Part shown: positions 10,201-18,533 of the stretch, one piece after another
Position numbering within the stretch: the first letter of the stretch is position 1
Layout: each line of letters opens with the position of its first letter
Assembly (NCBI GenBank): GCA_964519305.1
Contig: CAZFHY010000022.1
Coordinates: 1-45,399 of the forward strand
Length of the DNA stretch: 45,399 nucleotides
Direction of reading: 5' to 3'
Source of the DNA: Candidatus Undinarchaeota archaeon
GTDB lineage: Archaea; SpSt-1190; JASMDC01
The notes under the pieces: model-generated
Told to the model about the DNA's origin: nothing
What the model saw: only the letters and a program-made list of their open reading frames with translations
Database searches by the model: none
Translations under genes and position numbers: made by a program

Positions 10201-10564
10201 CGAGTACAGTTCGTACTATGCTAACAGCAGCGGGTCCCCGTTCGTTTGGACCGAGCAGGGCTGGGTGATGGCGGGCGAGGGCGGTAGTCAGACCGATGGA
10301 TCCGCAGAAGTGAGCGAGGATGGTACCGGGCAGGAGCAGATGGTCCAGTCGACGGACGATACGAACGCTGTGGCCACTGAGGCCGCTGTCGGGACAGCGA
10401 CCGATACAGGATCTCCATATGGTACTGGCACATATGACTCGTATTACGCAGCGCAGTACGGTTACTACTATGCGTACCGCGAAAATGGTGAGGCACAGGT
10501 CGCCGCTGAAACAGAACAAGGGACCGCTGACCAGACGGCGACAGATCAATCCCAAGAAATATAA
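7226..10564 (+). CDS. Large type I membrane surface protein: six-hairpin (alpha/alpha barrel)-like head, Ig-like domains, Pro/Thr stalk, TM, acidic Tyr-rich tail (paralog 1)
   Basis: 1112 aa. Signal peptide; repeated helical-hairpin motifs (ALYQQTSNATYL, GYEATNDASYL, AYLVTGNDTYL); Ig-like VDMTPP..CNDTVGN; long PT-rich region; TM LGYLLLFICILGVVGTGLLY. Confidence 0.88.
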   Translation: MGSFGRTLALTVVLASIVVLQANAFETEPPYREILHGLAVSRSDAALCGPPVAWSCNMGYVQARVISAYGALYQQTSNATYLAWMRNFVDTKSSGATGCGPPDDWQSAEKDHGFVMAAYAQALEVEGDAARRTQYSGYLEQFASHGSQDAGTPGPHQVGNDHSAMVIGYLRAFGQTSSQSIKTHVDKLGVNGCSGLGPDPQSPAFYKCDHTLLQAEYIIGYADGYEATNDASYLSRLNALMAAGSNDTIYGCDVVDDFDCGDNEYQALMMLASARAYQVTQNASHKAALDNFASNAASAGDCGPPDDWTCMGSYYQNIYLLSYVSAYLVTGNDTYLGWANEIAEKLVTYCDGYKCDTNQGIVIMAAQAISTLYPAIGPINATAVDTDSGRIVRLVARTTDPAKGKYRALHYARLDYSDIAHGLTSCTCKVDGGDASDCLSGPIASVDVPHPGNAAMSINITCTNAAGRRTSRFSSVAVKADALGISFDNVTTPVNGAFNATGTVNDVGSLTCKAYLAHDGATKETTMNAGAGKFNIEVAPTDDGAHELTISCSASGYTTTNVSMQFTVDMTPPGFDLSIVATNDDPIVDITISNAADTTSSVAACWIELNTTDLGSKALSQSTASWNTSVGWGFHTAIAKCNDTVGNVGARNKTFWVNRTAVSPTPNATVVPNATASPTPNATVIPNATATPAPTPVPGNKVLIIKSDPTSYCEHTIHLNDVAPTGDTVFLEVWEPDGATHFFPVNYTAVQAGKGAKSLELGNFSVTVYQDCSHTNTTAEVYLLIAGGCPTPTPSASPVPTSTPVATSTATPSPTPETSLTPIPITVVTPVPTATKEPTPLPPEPKGTPTPIPSPDLTESPTAAPTMRTEVVELDLHLTPTPAPLPERYQELVFQLSTVEREKLDAKGNAIIEMAQEALDEARQFETEGDMERAKLRYERAEGLIENLQTAPENDWSNLGYLLLFICILGVVGTGLLYRSTMNAMETEGDAYEYSSYYANSSGSPFVWTEQGWVMAGEGGSQTDGSAEVSEDGTGQEQMVQSTDDTNAVATEAAVGTATDTGSPYGTGTYDSYYAAQYGYYYAYRENGEAQVAAETEQGTADQTATDQSQEI
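9212..9295 (+). repeat. 42-nt degenerate tandem duplication encoding SPTPNATV[VI]PNATA x2
   Basis: Seen directly in the translation; it creates four N-A-T glycosylation sequons. Confidence 0.75.
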
Positions 10565-10587
10565 ATGCCCCAGACCAATATGTGCGT

Positions 10588-13500
10588 ATGAAGAGGGTGA
10601 GGTATCGTCTCGTTCTAGCCATTATGTTGGTGTCACTAATGCTCTTAGGCACCGCAGGACAGGTGGTGACACATAATTATAAGCCCTTCATGGAGCAGGT
10701 TGCTGCGTCCCGTACCGGATCGAACACCTGTGGTCCTCCGTCCTATTGGGACTGTGGGCATGGTAACGTACAAGCTGACCTCCTCATGGCCCACTCGAGC
10801 CTCTACAGGCAGACGGGTGAGCAGAAGTACCTCGACTGGATGCACGGGTACGCTGACCATAAATCCACCAATAGTCAGACCGGTGCAGGCCCTGGTGACT
10901 ACCAGAGCGGTGAGAAGGACCATGGATGGTACATGGTCGGATACGCCATGGCCTATCTCGCGGAACCTGACTCCAGTAAGAAATCTACCTACAGTTCCTA
11001 CCTCGATAATTTCGCTAACCAGGGTTCGATCGACGCTGGTCCGGTAAGCGGGGGCCAGGTAGGGAACGACCATGTTGCCATGGTCATCGGTTATTCCATG
11101 GCATATGGCGCCACCAAGAGCTCGACGGTCAAGGGACACTTCAGCGGTTTCGGCACACAGGAATCAGGTATCGGTTCCCGGACCCATGGTGAGTTCATGT
11201 TGGCGTACGCAGAGGCGTATCTCGCCTCGGGTGAGAGCGGGTACAAGTCGACGCTCACGAGCCTTGCGAACACACGGCCCAATGACCCCAACATCGGGTG
11301 TACCACCGGTCATGACTGTCACAACGATGAATGGCAGAACCTCATGATGCTCGGGCTGGCCAAAGCGTACGAGATAACCGGGACCTCCTCATACAAGGAC
11401 GAGATGGTGGCGTACGCGAATGTCAGGCCGTCCGATTCATGCGGACCTCCCGACCTATGGGACTGCGGTGACAGCACCCTCCAGGCAAACTCGATCTTCG
11501 CCTATTCCAAGGTATACATGATCACGAACGACCAGACCTATCTTGGCTACCTTGGCCAGCTGGGCGACCGTGCTATGCACGGTGGCCCCTGCGAGGTCGT
11601 GGACGATCAGGTCCATTGCTCGAGCGGCACAGGCCGGCTCCTCATGGGTCTCCAGATCCTCGCCACCATCTACCCGTACTTCGGTGAGCTCTCTGTCACA
11701 CCGGAGATCGCTTCAACGGACCTGACGCTCTCGGTGTCGGTACCTGTAGGAGACCTTCCCAAAGTAGAGATCACAGCCGGATACTTCGGCCGCTATGACT
11801 TCACCGGTTGGCAGCAAGGGGTCGCATCCTGTGACTGCTGGCTCGCTGACACAAGCTATGCTGGATGCCTGAGCGGTTCATCCGCAGGATTCCAGGTCCC
11901 CACGCCACCGGCCGGTAACCATACGATCCGTATAGCCTGTACGAACAAGGCCGGCTACACGAACACGCTGGACTCCTGGGTTGTCGTCTACCCGGACGGG
12001 GTCCACATCGAGCATGACGACTTCACATATGTGAACACTACGACCCACCAGGTCGAGCTCAACTACACCTCGGCATACACTGTGGACTGCACGTCGACAT
12101 TGATCGGTCCGTCCGGTACGACGAACCCACCTATCTCCGGTGACGGTAAGAACGTCGGTACTGCCGCCGTCGTCCTCACGCTCTCGCCCGATGGAGAGTA
12201 CACCCTTGATGTCATGTGCCAGAACAGCGAGGGGAAACAATCGTCGTTCCACATCGCGTTCACCGCCGACAATGTCGCGCCAGCGACTACGATCTCAGCG
12301 TTGGAGGAGTACAACATCCAGCCCATCACGGTCGGCGCCAGCCAGATTGGCGATTCAACGGCGGGGGTGGATACCTGCCGTGTCTTCGTTGATGGTGACC
12401 TGCATGGGACGAAAGCGCCAACTGATGGTTCGGTATCATGGGACCTGGACCTCCCGGAGTCCAGCTACCATATCAAGATATGCTGCTACGATAAGGCCGG
12501 GAACGAGGGATGTTCTGAGAAGATATCTCGGATCGACCTCACGCCATCGGCAACACCGCACTCGACCTCGATCGGATTCACCACCGCTACGCCCACACCA
12601 ACACCTCCGCCTTCAGGGACACCTTATCCAACGCTAACACCACCGCCTGACGTGGTCGTCACGGCCACTCCGGTGCCCACGCCAGCAGGCCCGTGCGAGC
12701 CACCGAGCGAAGCGGCCATCATCAGCAGATGGAACTCGACCCATGGAAGAGAGATCACTGACCTGGTCACGGCCAACAAAGCTGCGACGGTCACTCTCGC
12801 ATCACGTGACGAGGAAGGATTCACTTCCGCGCGGTCAGAGGCGGCAGCGCTGATGCGTGTAATGAATGACGAATACCTCAAGCACTCTTGCGACGTGGCC
12901 GTGTTCACTATCGTCTTCACGGACATCGAGACCTCGTACACGTCAACTCGCGGAGCTGTCGAGTATCTTGAGGCCGGGTACATAACCGAGGAGCAGTTCA
13001 CTAACGCCATGCAGGAAGCGGGCCCTACGCCTTTACCCCCTGAAGAGGTCACAACGCCCACCCCACCTCCTGGCGTATCGCTATCACCCACACCGACTAT
13101 CGGTGCGACGATGGTCCCCACCGATGGGCCGAGCCCGACACCTAGAGAGACAGGAGGACTGAGCGGACTAGCGACACCGACACCAGAACCGTCCGTGACG
13201 GCGGGGCCTATAGAGCCCACGGCCGGGCCTACTTCAGCAACGACCGGGACACCTACTGCCTCCGAGGTGCCAGGACCCACTGAGCCCGGTGACTTCGTAG
13301 CGACCATGACGCCCCGTGCGACCGCGGGGCCCACGAGTAATACCGGTGGCGACTCGACCCCACCACCGATGCCAACGATAGAGCCCATCAAGATCGATGA
13401 AGTGGACGTGGACTTCGATCCCGAGATGGACGATGTACGAAAGGAGGATACTGCCAAGGACAGCGTAGCAGAGGCGCTCGAGTCAATCGCTGCGACCCGT

Positions 13501-14052
13501 GGTGAAGGTCTCGATACAGAGGAGGCCGAGGAGTACATCAAGCTAGCTGAGGACCGTATCGCATCAGGGCAGTACGAGGAAGCGGTGAAGTATGCATGGG
13601 TGGCCAAGCGTCACGCCGACGAGGTGGCCGGAAGGATATCTGAGCCATGGAGCTACGTGAACGAGAAACAGCGATCGTCGTTCCCTATCCAGATAGACTC
13701 GACTCTTGCTGCCCTTCTGGGCGGTGCACTGATAGTCATGATCGCAGGTCTTGCTTTCTTCGTGAGAGCGCAGAGAGGAGGTATCGACAGCGAGCTCATG
13801 GATTACATCGACGGACGTCGTGACGAAGGGTACGAGGACGAGGAGATCGTTAGCGCCCTTCTCGATGCGGGCTATGAAAAGGAGGATATCTACGCCGCCT
13901 TCGGTCTGGAAGTGCCTGAAGAGATCGCCGAGGAGGCCGAAGTTGTCACTGAGGAAGCCGAAGTGGTAACTGAGGAAGAAGTCGCTGAGAGCACAGAGAT
14001 CGTAGAAGAACCGGAAAGCGAGGACGACATTGGCGAACCAAAAGAAGCGTGA
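10588..14052 (+). CDS. Large type I membrane surface protein, paralog 2 of 7226..10564
   Basis: ~1154 aa (ATG 10588; GTG 10582 possible). Same architecture and shared motifs (CGPPxxWxC, EKDHG, QVGNDH); Ig-like DNVAP..CYDKAGN; PT stalk; TM; acidic tail. Confidence 0.88.
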   Translation: MKRVRYRLVLAIMLVSLMLLGTAGQVVTHNYKPFMEQVAASRTGSNTCGPPSYWDCGHGNVQADLLMAHSSLYRQTGEQKYLDWMHGYADHKSTNSQTGAGPGDYQSGEKDHGWYMVGYAMAYLAEPDSSKKSTYSSYLDNFANQGSIDAGPVSGGQVGNDHVAMVIGYSMAYGATKSSTVKGHFSGFGTQESGIGSRTHGEFMLAYAEAYLASGESGYKSTLTSLANTRPNDPNIGCTTGHDCHNDEWQNLMMLGLAKAYEITGTSSYKDEMVAYANVRPSDSCGPPDLWDCGDSTLQANSIFAYSKVYMITNDQTYLGYLGQLGDRAMHGGPCEVVDDQVHCSSGTGRLLMGLQILATIYPYFGELSVTPEIASTDLTLSVSVPVGDLPKVEITAGYFGRYDFTGWQQGVASCDCWLADTSYAGCLSGSSAGFQVPTPPAGNHTIRIACTNKAGYTNTLDSWVVVYPDGVHIEHDDFTYVNTTTHQVELNYTSAYTVDCTSTLIGPSGTTNPPISGDGKNVGTAAVVLTLSPDGEYTLDVMCQNSEGKQSSFHIAFTADNVAPATTISALEEYNIQPITVGASQIGDSTAGVDTCRVFVDGDLHGTKAPTDGSVSWDLDLPESSYHIKICCYDKAGNEGCSEKISRIDLTPSATPHSTSIGFTTATPTPTPPPSGTPYPTLTPPPDVVVTATPVPTPAGPCEPPSEAAIISRWNSTHGREITDLVTANKAATVTLASRDEEGFTSARSEAAALMRVMNDEYLKHSCDVAVFTIVFTDIETSYTSTRGAVEYLEAGYITEEQFTNAMQEAGPTPLPPEEVTTPTPPPGVSLSPTPTIGATMVPTDGPSPTPRETGGLSGLATPTPEPSVTAGPIEPTAGPTSATTGTPTASEVPGPTEPGDFVATMTPRATAGPTSNTGGDSTPPPMPTIEPIKIDEVDVDFDPEMDDVRKEDTAKDSVAEALESIAATRGEGLDTEEAEEYIKLAEDRIASGQYEEAVKYAWVAKRHADEVAGRISEPWSYVNEKQRSSFPIQIDSTLAALLGGALIVMIAGLAFFVRAQRGGIDSELMDYIDGRRDEGYEDEEIVSALLDAGYEKEDIYAAFGLEVPEEIAEEAEVVTEEAEVVTEEEVAESTEIVEEPESEDDIGEPKEA

Positions 14053-15289
14053 TACGGTCGTCCGCGACCCCATCCATGGGAACATCTCCGTTCGTCCGGA
14101 GGAGCTCAGGCTCATCGATACACCGGTATTCCAGCGTCTACGTCGTATCAAACAGCTGGGTTTCGCGTACCTCGTGTTCCCGACAGCCGTGCACACAAGG
14201 TTCGAGCACAGCCTTGGGACCATGCACATCGCCTCACGCATAGGCGAGCACCTCGAGCTGGACACGGTCCCGCTCCTGCGCACCGCCGCACTTCTCCATG
14301 ATATCGGCCACGGGCCGTTCTCCCACTCGTCCGAGCTCATCGTCGAGACCTACTTCAAGGAGCATCATGAGGCGATCACCGGTGACAAGATCCGGCAGAA
14401 GGACGTCGCCGAGGCCATCGAAGCTGCCGGGCTCGATGTCGAAGAGGTCGTTAACCTGGCAACGGGAGCTGGTTCGACATACCAGAACAAGATAATCTCG
14501 AGCGAGCTGGACGCCGATATACTCGACTACATGCTCCGTGACTCCTATTATACTGGTGTCGCGTTCGGGACGGTCGACCTAGACCGCATCATCTCGAGCC
14601 TCGAGGTGTGGAACAACCGTCTCGTGATCTCCGGCAAGAGCCAGTACAATGCTGAGAGCCTGCTCGTAGCCCGCTACCTCATGTGGCCCGTCGTCTACCT
14701 CCACAGGACAGAGTGCATCGCGGACTGCATGCTCGTAAGGGCCATGGTACGCGCTATCGAGGATGGAGGGCTTTCTGCCGAGGAGATATATCGTATGGAC
14801 GACTACGATGTCACCGCATACCTACGCTCTCTGAAAGGCTACCCGTCAGACATCATGGAGCGCATCAACGACCGTAGGCTCTTCGTCCAGCTGGATACCA
14901 AGGGGAGGAGCGATCTCACCCCTGAAACACTATCGCGGCTCATCGCTCTGCGGGAGGATCCGCAACGCAGCCTCGCGATGGAGAACGCACTTGCCGACGA
15001 GCTCGGTGTCCCCAGAGGGTATCTGGCCGTAGATGTGCTCAAACCGCCCCAGAAATCGGTGCGCGATTCACCTCGGGTCATACCCGATATCCTCGTACGT
15101 CACGGAGAGGAGGTAGTGCGGATCGACAGGCTCTCCCGTTTAGCACGTGCACTTACTGCAGGTACGTGGGACCACTGGTTCTGTTCAGTATATGTCTCTG
15201 ACGACCAAGCAGCCAGTGCGCAGAAATCACTCTCGAAGAAGGCCATCGACTCCCCGCTCCAATATTTAAGTGATTGCATCCTCTCGTGA
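14030..15289 (+). CDS. HD-superfamily phosphohydrolase (SAMHD1/dNTP triphosphohydrolase-like)
   Basis: Motifs RDPIHG, FQRLRRIKQLG, HTRFEHSLG, LLHDIGHGPFSH and DADILDYMLRD. TTG start overlaps the upstream gene end. Confidence 0.92.
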   Translation: MANQKKRDTVVRDPIHGNISVRPEELRLIDTPVFQRLRRIKQLGFAYLVFPTAVHTRFEHSLGTMHIASRIGEHLELDTVPLLRTAALLHDIGHGPFSHSSELIVETYFKEHHEAITGDKIRQKDVAEAIEAAGLDVEEVVNLATGAGSTYQNKIISSELDADILDYMLRDSYYTGVAFGTVDLDRIISSLEVWNNRLVISGKSQYNAESLLVARYLMWPVVYLHRTECIADCMLVRAMVRAIEDGGLSAEEIYRMDDYDVTAYLRSLKGYPSDIMERINDRRLFVQLDTKGRSDLTPETLSRLIALREDPQRSLAMENALADELGVPRGYLAVDVLKPPQKSVRDSPRVIPDILVRHGEEVVRIDRLSRLARALTAGTWDHWFCSVYVSDDQAASAQKSLSKKAIDSPLQYLSDCILS

Positions 15290-15292
15290 GCC

Positions 15293-16225
15293 GTGACCAC
15301 CCGCGCCGCCATCGGCCTCGCGATCGTCATTATCAGCGTAGCTATCGTGATCATGATAGCTCCCGGGCCCGATGGACCGAGCGGCCCCGAGCCCACCTCA
15401 TCACCACGTCCTTCACCCACACCGTACATCGATCCGTTCACCCTCGCGATCACGGAATGCACTCCCCTTGGCGGAGAAGCAGCTGACAGATGCCTCCTCA
15501 ACCGTACAATGGTGATCGGTAACGCGTCCATGTGCGGCCTTATCAACACGACCCTTGTGCATGACTGGTGCGAGCGGGACATGGCAAAGCTACGCCACGA
15601 ACCTGAGAGATGTGACGCCGTGGACACAGAACTGGTCCGGAACGAATGTTTCGTAGAGCTCTCCGACCTAACGAAGGACCCATCGCTCTGTGCCAACATC
15701 ACGGGCGGCGGATACAAGGACGTCTGCCTGCAGCGAGCAGTGACGATAACACAGAACATCTCCCTTTGCGGTGAGATCGTCCGTCAGCGTATGCGTGACG
15801 GTTGCTGGTACGACGTGGCCCTTAACACCAAGGATCCCGTCCTATGTGACAACATCAGTGAGACCGGTCTCAAGGACGGTTGTATCAATTATGTAGCCAC
15901 TGTCAGCCTCAACGCTACCCGTTGCGCGGGGATACAGAACTCGACCTACAAGGACACGTGCTACGAGTCGCTCGCGAAGCTGACAAAGTCAGGTGACGTC
16001 TGCCTCGAGGTCGGTGATGGAGTGCAGCGTGAGGGATGTCTCGTCCAGGTCGGGACCGAGACGAACGACACCGACACGTGCCTTAAGGTGGCCGACCTTG
16101 GGACCAGGGAAAGGTGCGTCTACACCGTAGCCCGAGCCATCGGAGATGGGAGCTTGTGCGAGCATATATCCGATCCTGAGCTAAAAGTGACCTGCACGAG
16201 CAGGCTCGGTACCGGGACAGGTTGA
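15293..16225 (+). CDS. N-terminally anchored protein with ten 26-aa Cys repeats
   Basis: Hydrophobic N-terminus, Pro-rich linker, then ten units of C-x11-C-x13 (e.g. CDNISETGLKDGCINYVATVSLNATR). Confidence 0.85.
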   Translation: MTTRAAIGLAIVIISVAIVIMIAPGPDGPSGPEPTSSPRPSPTPYIDPFTLAITECTPLGGEAADRCLLNRTMVIGNASMCGLINTTLVHDWCERDMAKLRHEPERCDAVDTELVRNECFVELSDLTKDPSLCANITGGGYKDVCLQRAVTITQNISLCGEIVRQRMRDGCWYDVALNTKDPVLCDNISETGLKDGCINYVATVSLNATRCAGIQNSTYKDTCYESLAKLTKSGDVCLEVGDGVQREGCLVQVGTETNDTDTCLKVADLGTRERCVYTVARAIGDGSLCEHISDPELKVTCTSRLGTGTG

Positions 16226-16231
16226 CACCGA

Positions 16232-17776
16232 TCAGCTACTTTTTGCCTTGAAGAGCCATACATCGGCCCTGATGAACGAGCTGTGCTCGACCTCATCGAA
16301 CCGCTCGTGGAGAAGCGTCATGAACTCGGTCTCAGGCTCTCGATGGGAACGAACGTACCACACGTACCTCGGTGAGCGTTCGTCAAGCTCGGTAGAGATC
16401 CTACCGACATCTTTGCGAGTGCCTCCCATTAGCTCCACTCGTCGCGATGAGCCATGTTGTCGGAAGTAGTAATCGAACGATGTTGCGCTCCAGGTGTGTC
16501 CTATGATGAGAGCGTCCTGGAACCGAGCGTCGTTGACGACGATATGCCCGATAGCTTCGCGTACCTGTTCCTTGAAAGGAGCGCCATAGTAGTCCATCCG
16601 AAGGACGAGGTCACCGAGGAAGAGCGCACAGAGCAGGATGGAGACAAATGCGAACCTGCGTGGATCCGGTACGAGCCTGTCCACCGCCCTTGCAAGGAGC
16701 AGGTATGCTGCCGGGAGGGAGATAATCAGGTTACGATGCACGAGGACAGGGTTCGAGACGATTGACACCGTGTACGTGATAAGGAAGGGCAGTACCAACC
16801 ATGCGAGAACGATTCCGTCAGGTGAAAATGCGAAGCGTTTGACCGCGGTCAGGTCCATGGGCCCATCCTTCTCTCGGAACACACTGGCCGCGAGCGATGC
16901 ATAGAGGATGCCTACGAGCACCAGGAGGTAACGGGAGCGGTTGAACAGGAAGTAGAGAAAGGCCGCGAAAGCGAACACGGGCTCGCCGGGCCTCTCTATC
17001 CAGCTGATGTTCGTCCTTGCACCGAACTGGGCTAGCATGGTAGGTATCCATGGTGCGAATCCCATGAACACGATCAGGTACATGGCCATGCTCCTGTGTA
17101 GGATCCGTCGGTCCCCGATCGATTTCAAGAACGCACCGACGGCCTGAAGACCCACCATGAGAAGACCGAAGTAGTGCGTGTATGCGGCCAGGAGCGCGTA
17201 TCCACTGTATCCGACAATGTACGCGTTATGTGTACGGCGTCCCATATCACGCGTCATCATCAGCTCGAACCAGAACCACTGGGACATGGAGGCGAACAAG
17301 AGCATGAGCGCGTTCCCCCGGGCCTCCTGGCTGAAGTACACAGGACACCAGCACACTGCCGTTAGACCGGCCGCGAGCAGACCAGGGCGAACACCGTACG
17401 TTCTCGATCCGATGGCGTACACCACGAGCACGGTCAACACGCCGGCCACTGCAGAAGGGATCCGCAGATACCACTCCGTATCGCCAAGATGCAGGACAAC
17501 GTAGTGTACGAGGACAAGGTAGAAGGGAGGATGGACATCACGGTGCATGGCCTCATCGATGACCGAACCGACATCGGCGAACGATGTACGACGCCAGGTC
17601 GCGAGCTCGTCGGACCAGAGGGACTGTGCATCAAGACCATGGGAACGAAGGAAGGCACCCAGGAGGAGGATCACTAAAAGGACCGCCCTGGCGGTCGCAG
17701 TGTTGGTCTTACGGGAACTTGTTCTATCACGCTCGGCCAGAACCTGAACCTCCCGGTACCATGGGTGACCAAGCAC
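16232..17776 (-). CDS. GT-C fold glycosyltransferase (GT39/GT83, PMT-like)
   Basis: Multi-TM protein with QSLWSDE, DVHPPFY, LRIPSAVAG, YFSQEAR and YTHYFG motifs. Start codon uncertain. Confidence 0.88.
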   Translation of the reverse strand: MLGHPWYREVQVLAERDRTSSRKTNTATARAVLLVILLLGAFLRSHGLDAQSLWSDELATWRRTSFADVGSVIDEAMHRDVHPPFYLVLVHYVVLHLGDTEWYLRIPSAVAGVLTVLVVYAIGSRTYGVRPGLLAAGLTAVCWCPVYFSQEARGNALMLLFASMSQWFWFELMMTRDMGRRTHNAYIVGYSGYALLAAYTHYFGLLMVGLQAVGAFLKSIGDRRILHRSMAMYLIVFMGFAPWIPTMLAQFGARTNISWIERPGEPVFAFAAFLYFLFNRSRYLLVLVGILYASLAASVFREKDGPMDLTAVKRFAFSPDGIVLAWLVLPFLITYTVSIVSNPVLVHRNLIISLPAAYLLLARAVDRLVPDPRRFAFVSILLCALFLGDLVLRMDYYGAPFKEQVREAIGHIVVNDARFQDALIIGHTWSATSFDYYFRQHGSSRRVELMGGTRKDVGRISTELDERSPRYVWYVRSHREPETEFMTLLHERFDEVEHSSFIRADVWLFKAKSS

Positions 17777-17805
17777 TTTTATTCTTTCGCGCAGGAGATG
17801 AAGGC

Positions 17806-18522
17806 ATGTCCGCTGATGGGACGACGCTGTCCATCGTGCTCCCGACGTTCAACGAGCGCGAGAACATCGTAGGTCTCATCGAACGACTGAAGAAGCTCTT
17901 CGAGGAGCAAGGATATCGGGGAGAGGTCATAGTCGTTGACGACGACAGTCCCGATGGCACTGGAAAAGCAGTAGAGGAAATGGCGTCCGACTGGAAGGAC
18001 GTTCGCCTCGAGACCCGTCGCAACGAGCGTGGCATCGGTTCTGCGCATGCAAGGGGTTACGACATATCAAAGGGCGATGTCATCATCACCATGGACGTTG
18101 ACGGATCCCACGATGTCGCCGACATCCCACGACTACTCGACCGGCTTGGTGACGGGTACGACGTTGTGATCGGCTCACGGTACGTTCGTGGTGGTGGGAC
18201 CGACAAGCCGCTATCCAACCGTCTCATCAGTCTTCTGGGCGGTCACTACACAAGGCTCACTCTGCGACTGGGCGTCGTGGACAGCACCAACGGTTTCCGG
18301 GCGTTCCGACGCGAGGTCTGGGACCGCATCAGTCATCACCGTTACAGCGAGCGTAACGTATTCCTTATCGAGTTCCTTTACCATGCCCGCAGGTCGGGTG
18401 CTCTGATGACCGAGGTACCAGTGTTCTTCCGAGAGAGAACTATGGGTGAATCGAAGACACACGTCCTACGCGAGAGCGTGAAGGCATTGACGCTGCCCGT
18501 ACGACTGCGTCTGGGAGGATAG
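17806..18522 (+). CDS. Polyprenol-phosphate glycosyltransferase (GT2, Dol-P-mannose synthase-like)
   Basis: Motifs SIVLPTFNERENI, VVDDDSPDGT, TMDVDGSH, VIGSRY and DSTNGFRAF. Start moved to ATG 17806, downstream of a TATA-like CTTTTATT and AGGAG. Confidence 0.92.
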   Translation: MSADGTTLSIVLPTFNERENIVGLIERLKKLFEEQGYRGEVIVVDDDSPDGTGKAVEEMASDWKDVRLETRRNERGIGSAHARGYDISKGDVIITMDVDGSHDVADIPRLLDRLGDGYDVVIGSRYVRGGGTDKPLSNRLISLLGGHYTRLTLRLGVVDSTNGFRAFRREVWDRISHHRYSERNVFLIEFLYHARRSGALMTEVPVFFRERTMGESKTHVLRESVKALTLPVRLRLGG

Positions 18523-18533
18523 AGGGTGAGTTT

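Noticed and set aside
7226-14052. Paralog pair as a diversity-generating retroelement target or recent duplication
   Set aside because: Similarity is at protein level only. I saw no near-identical template/variable repeat pair and there is no reverse transcriptase in the window.
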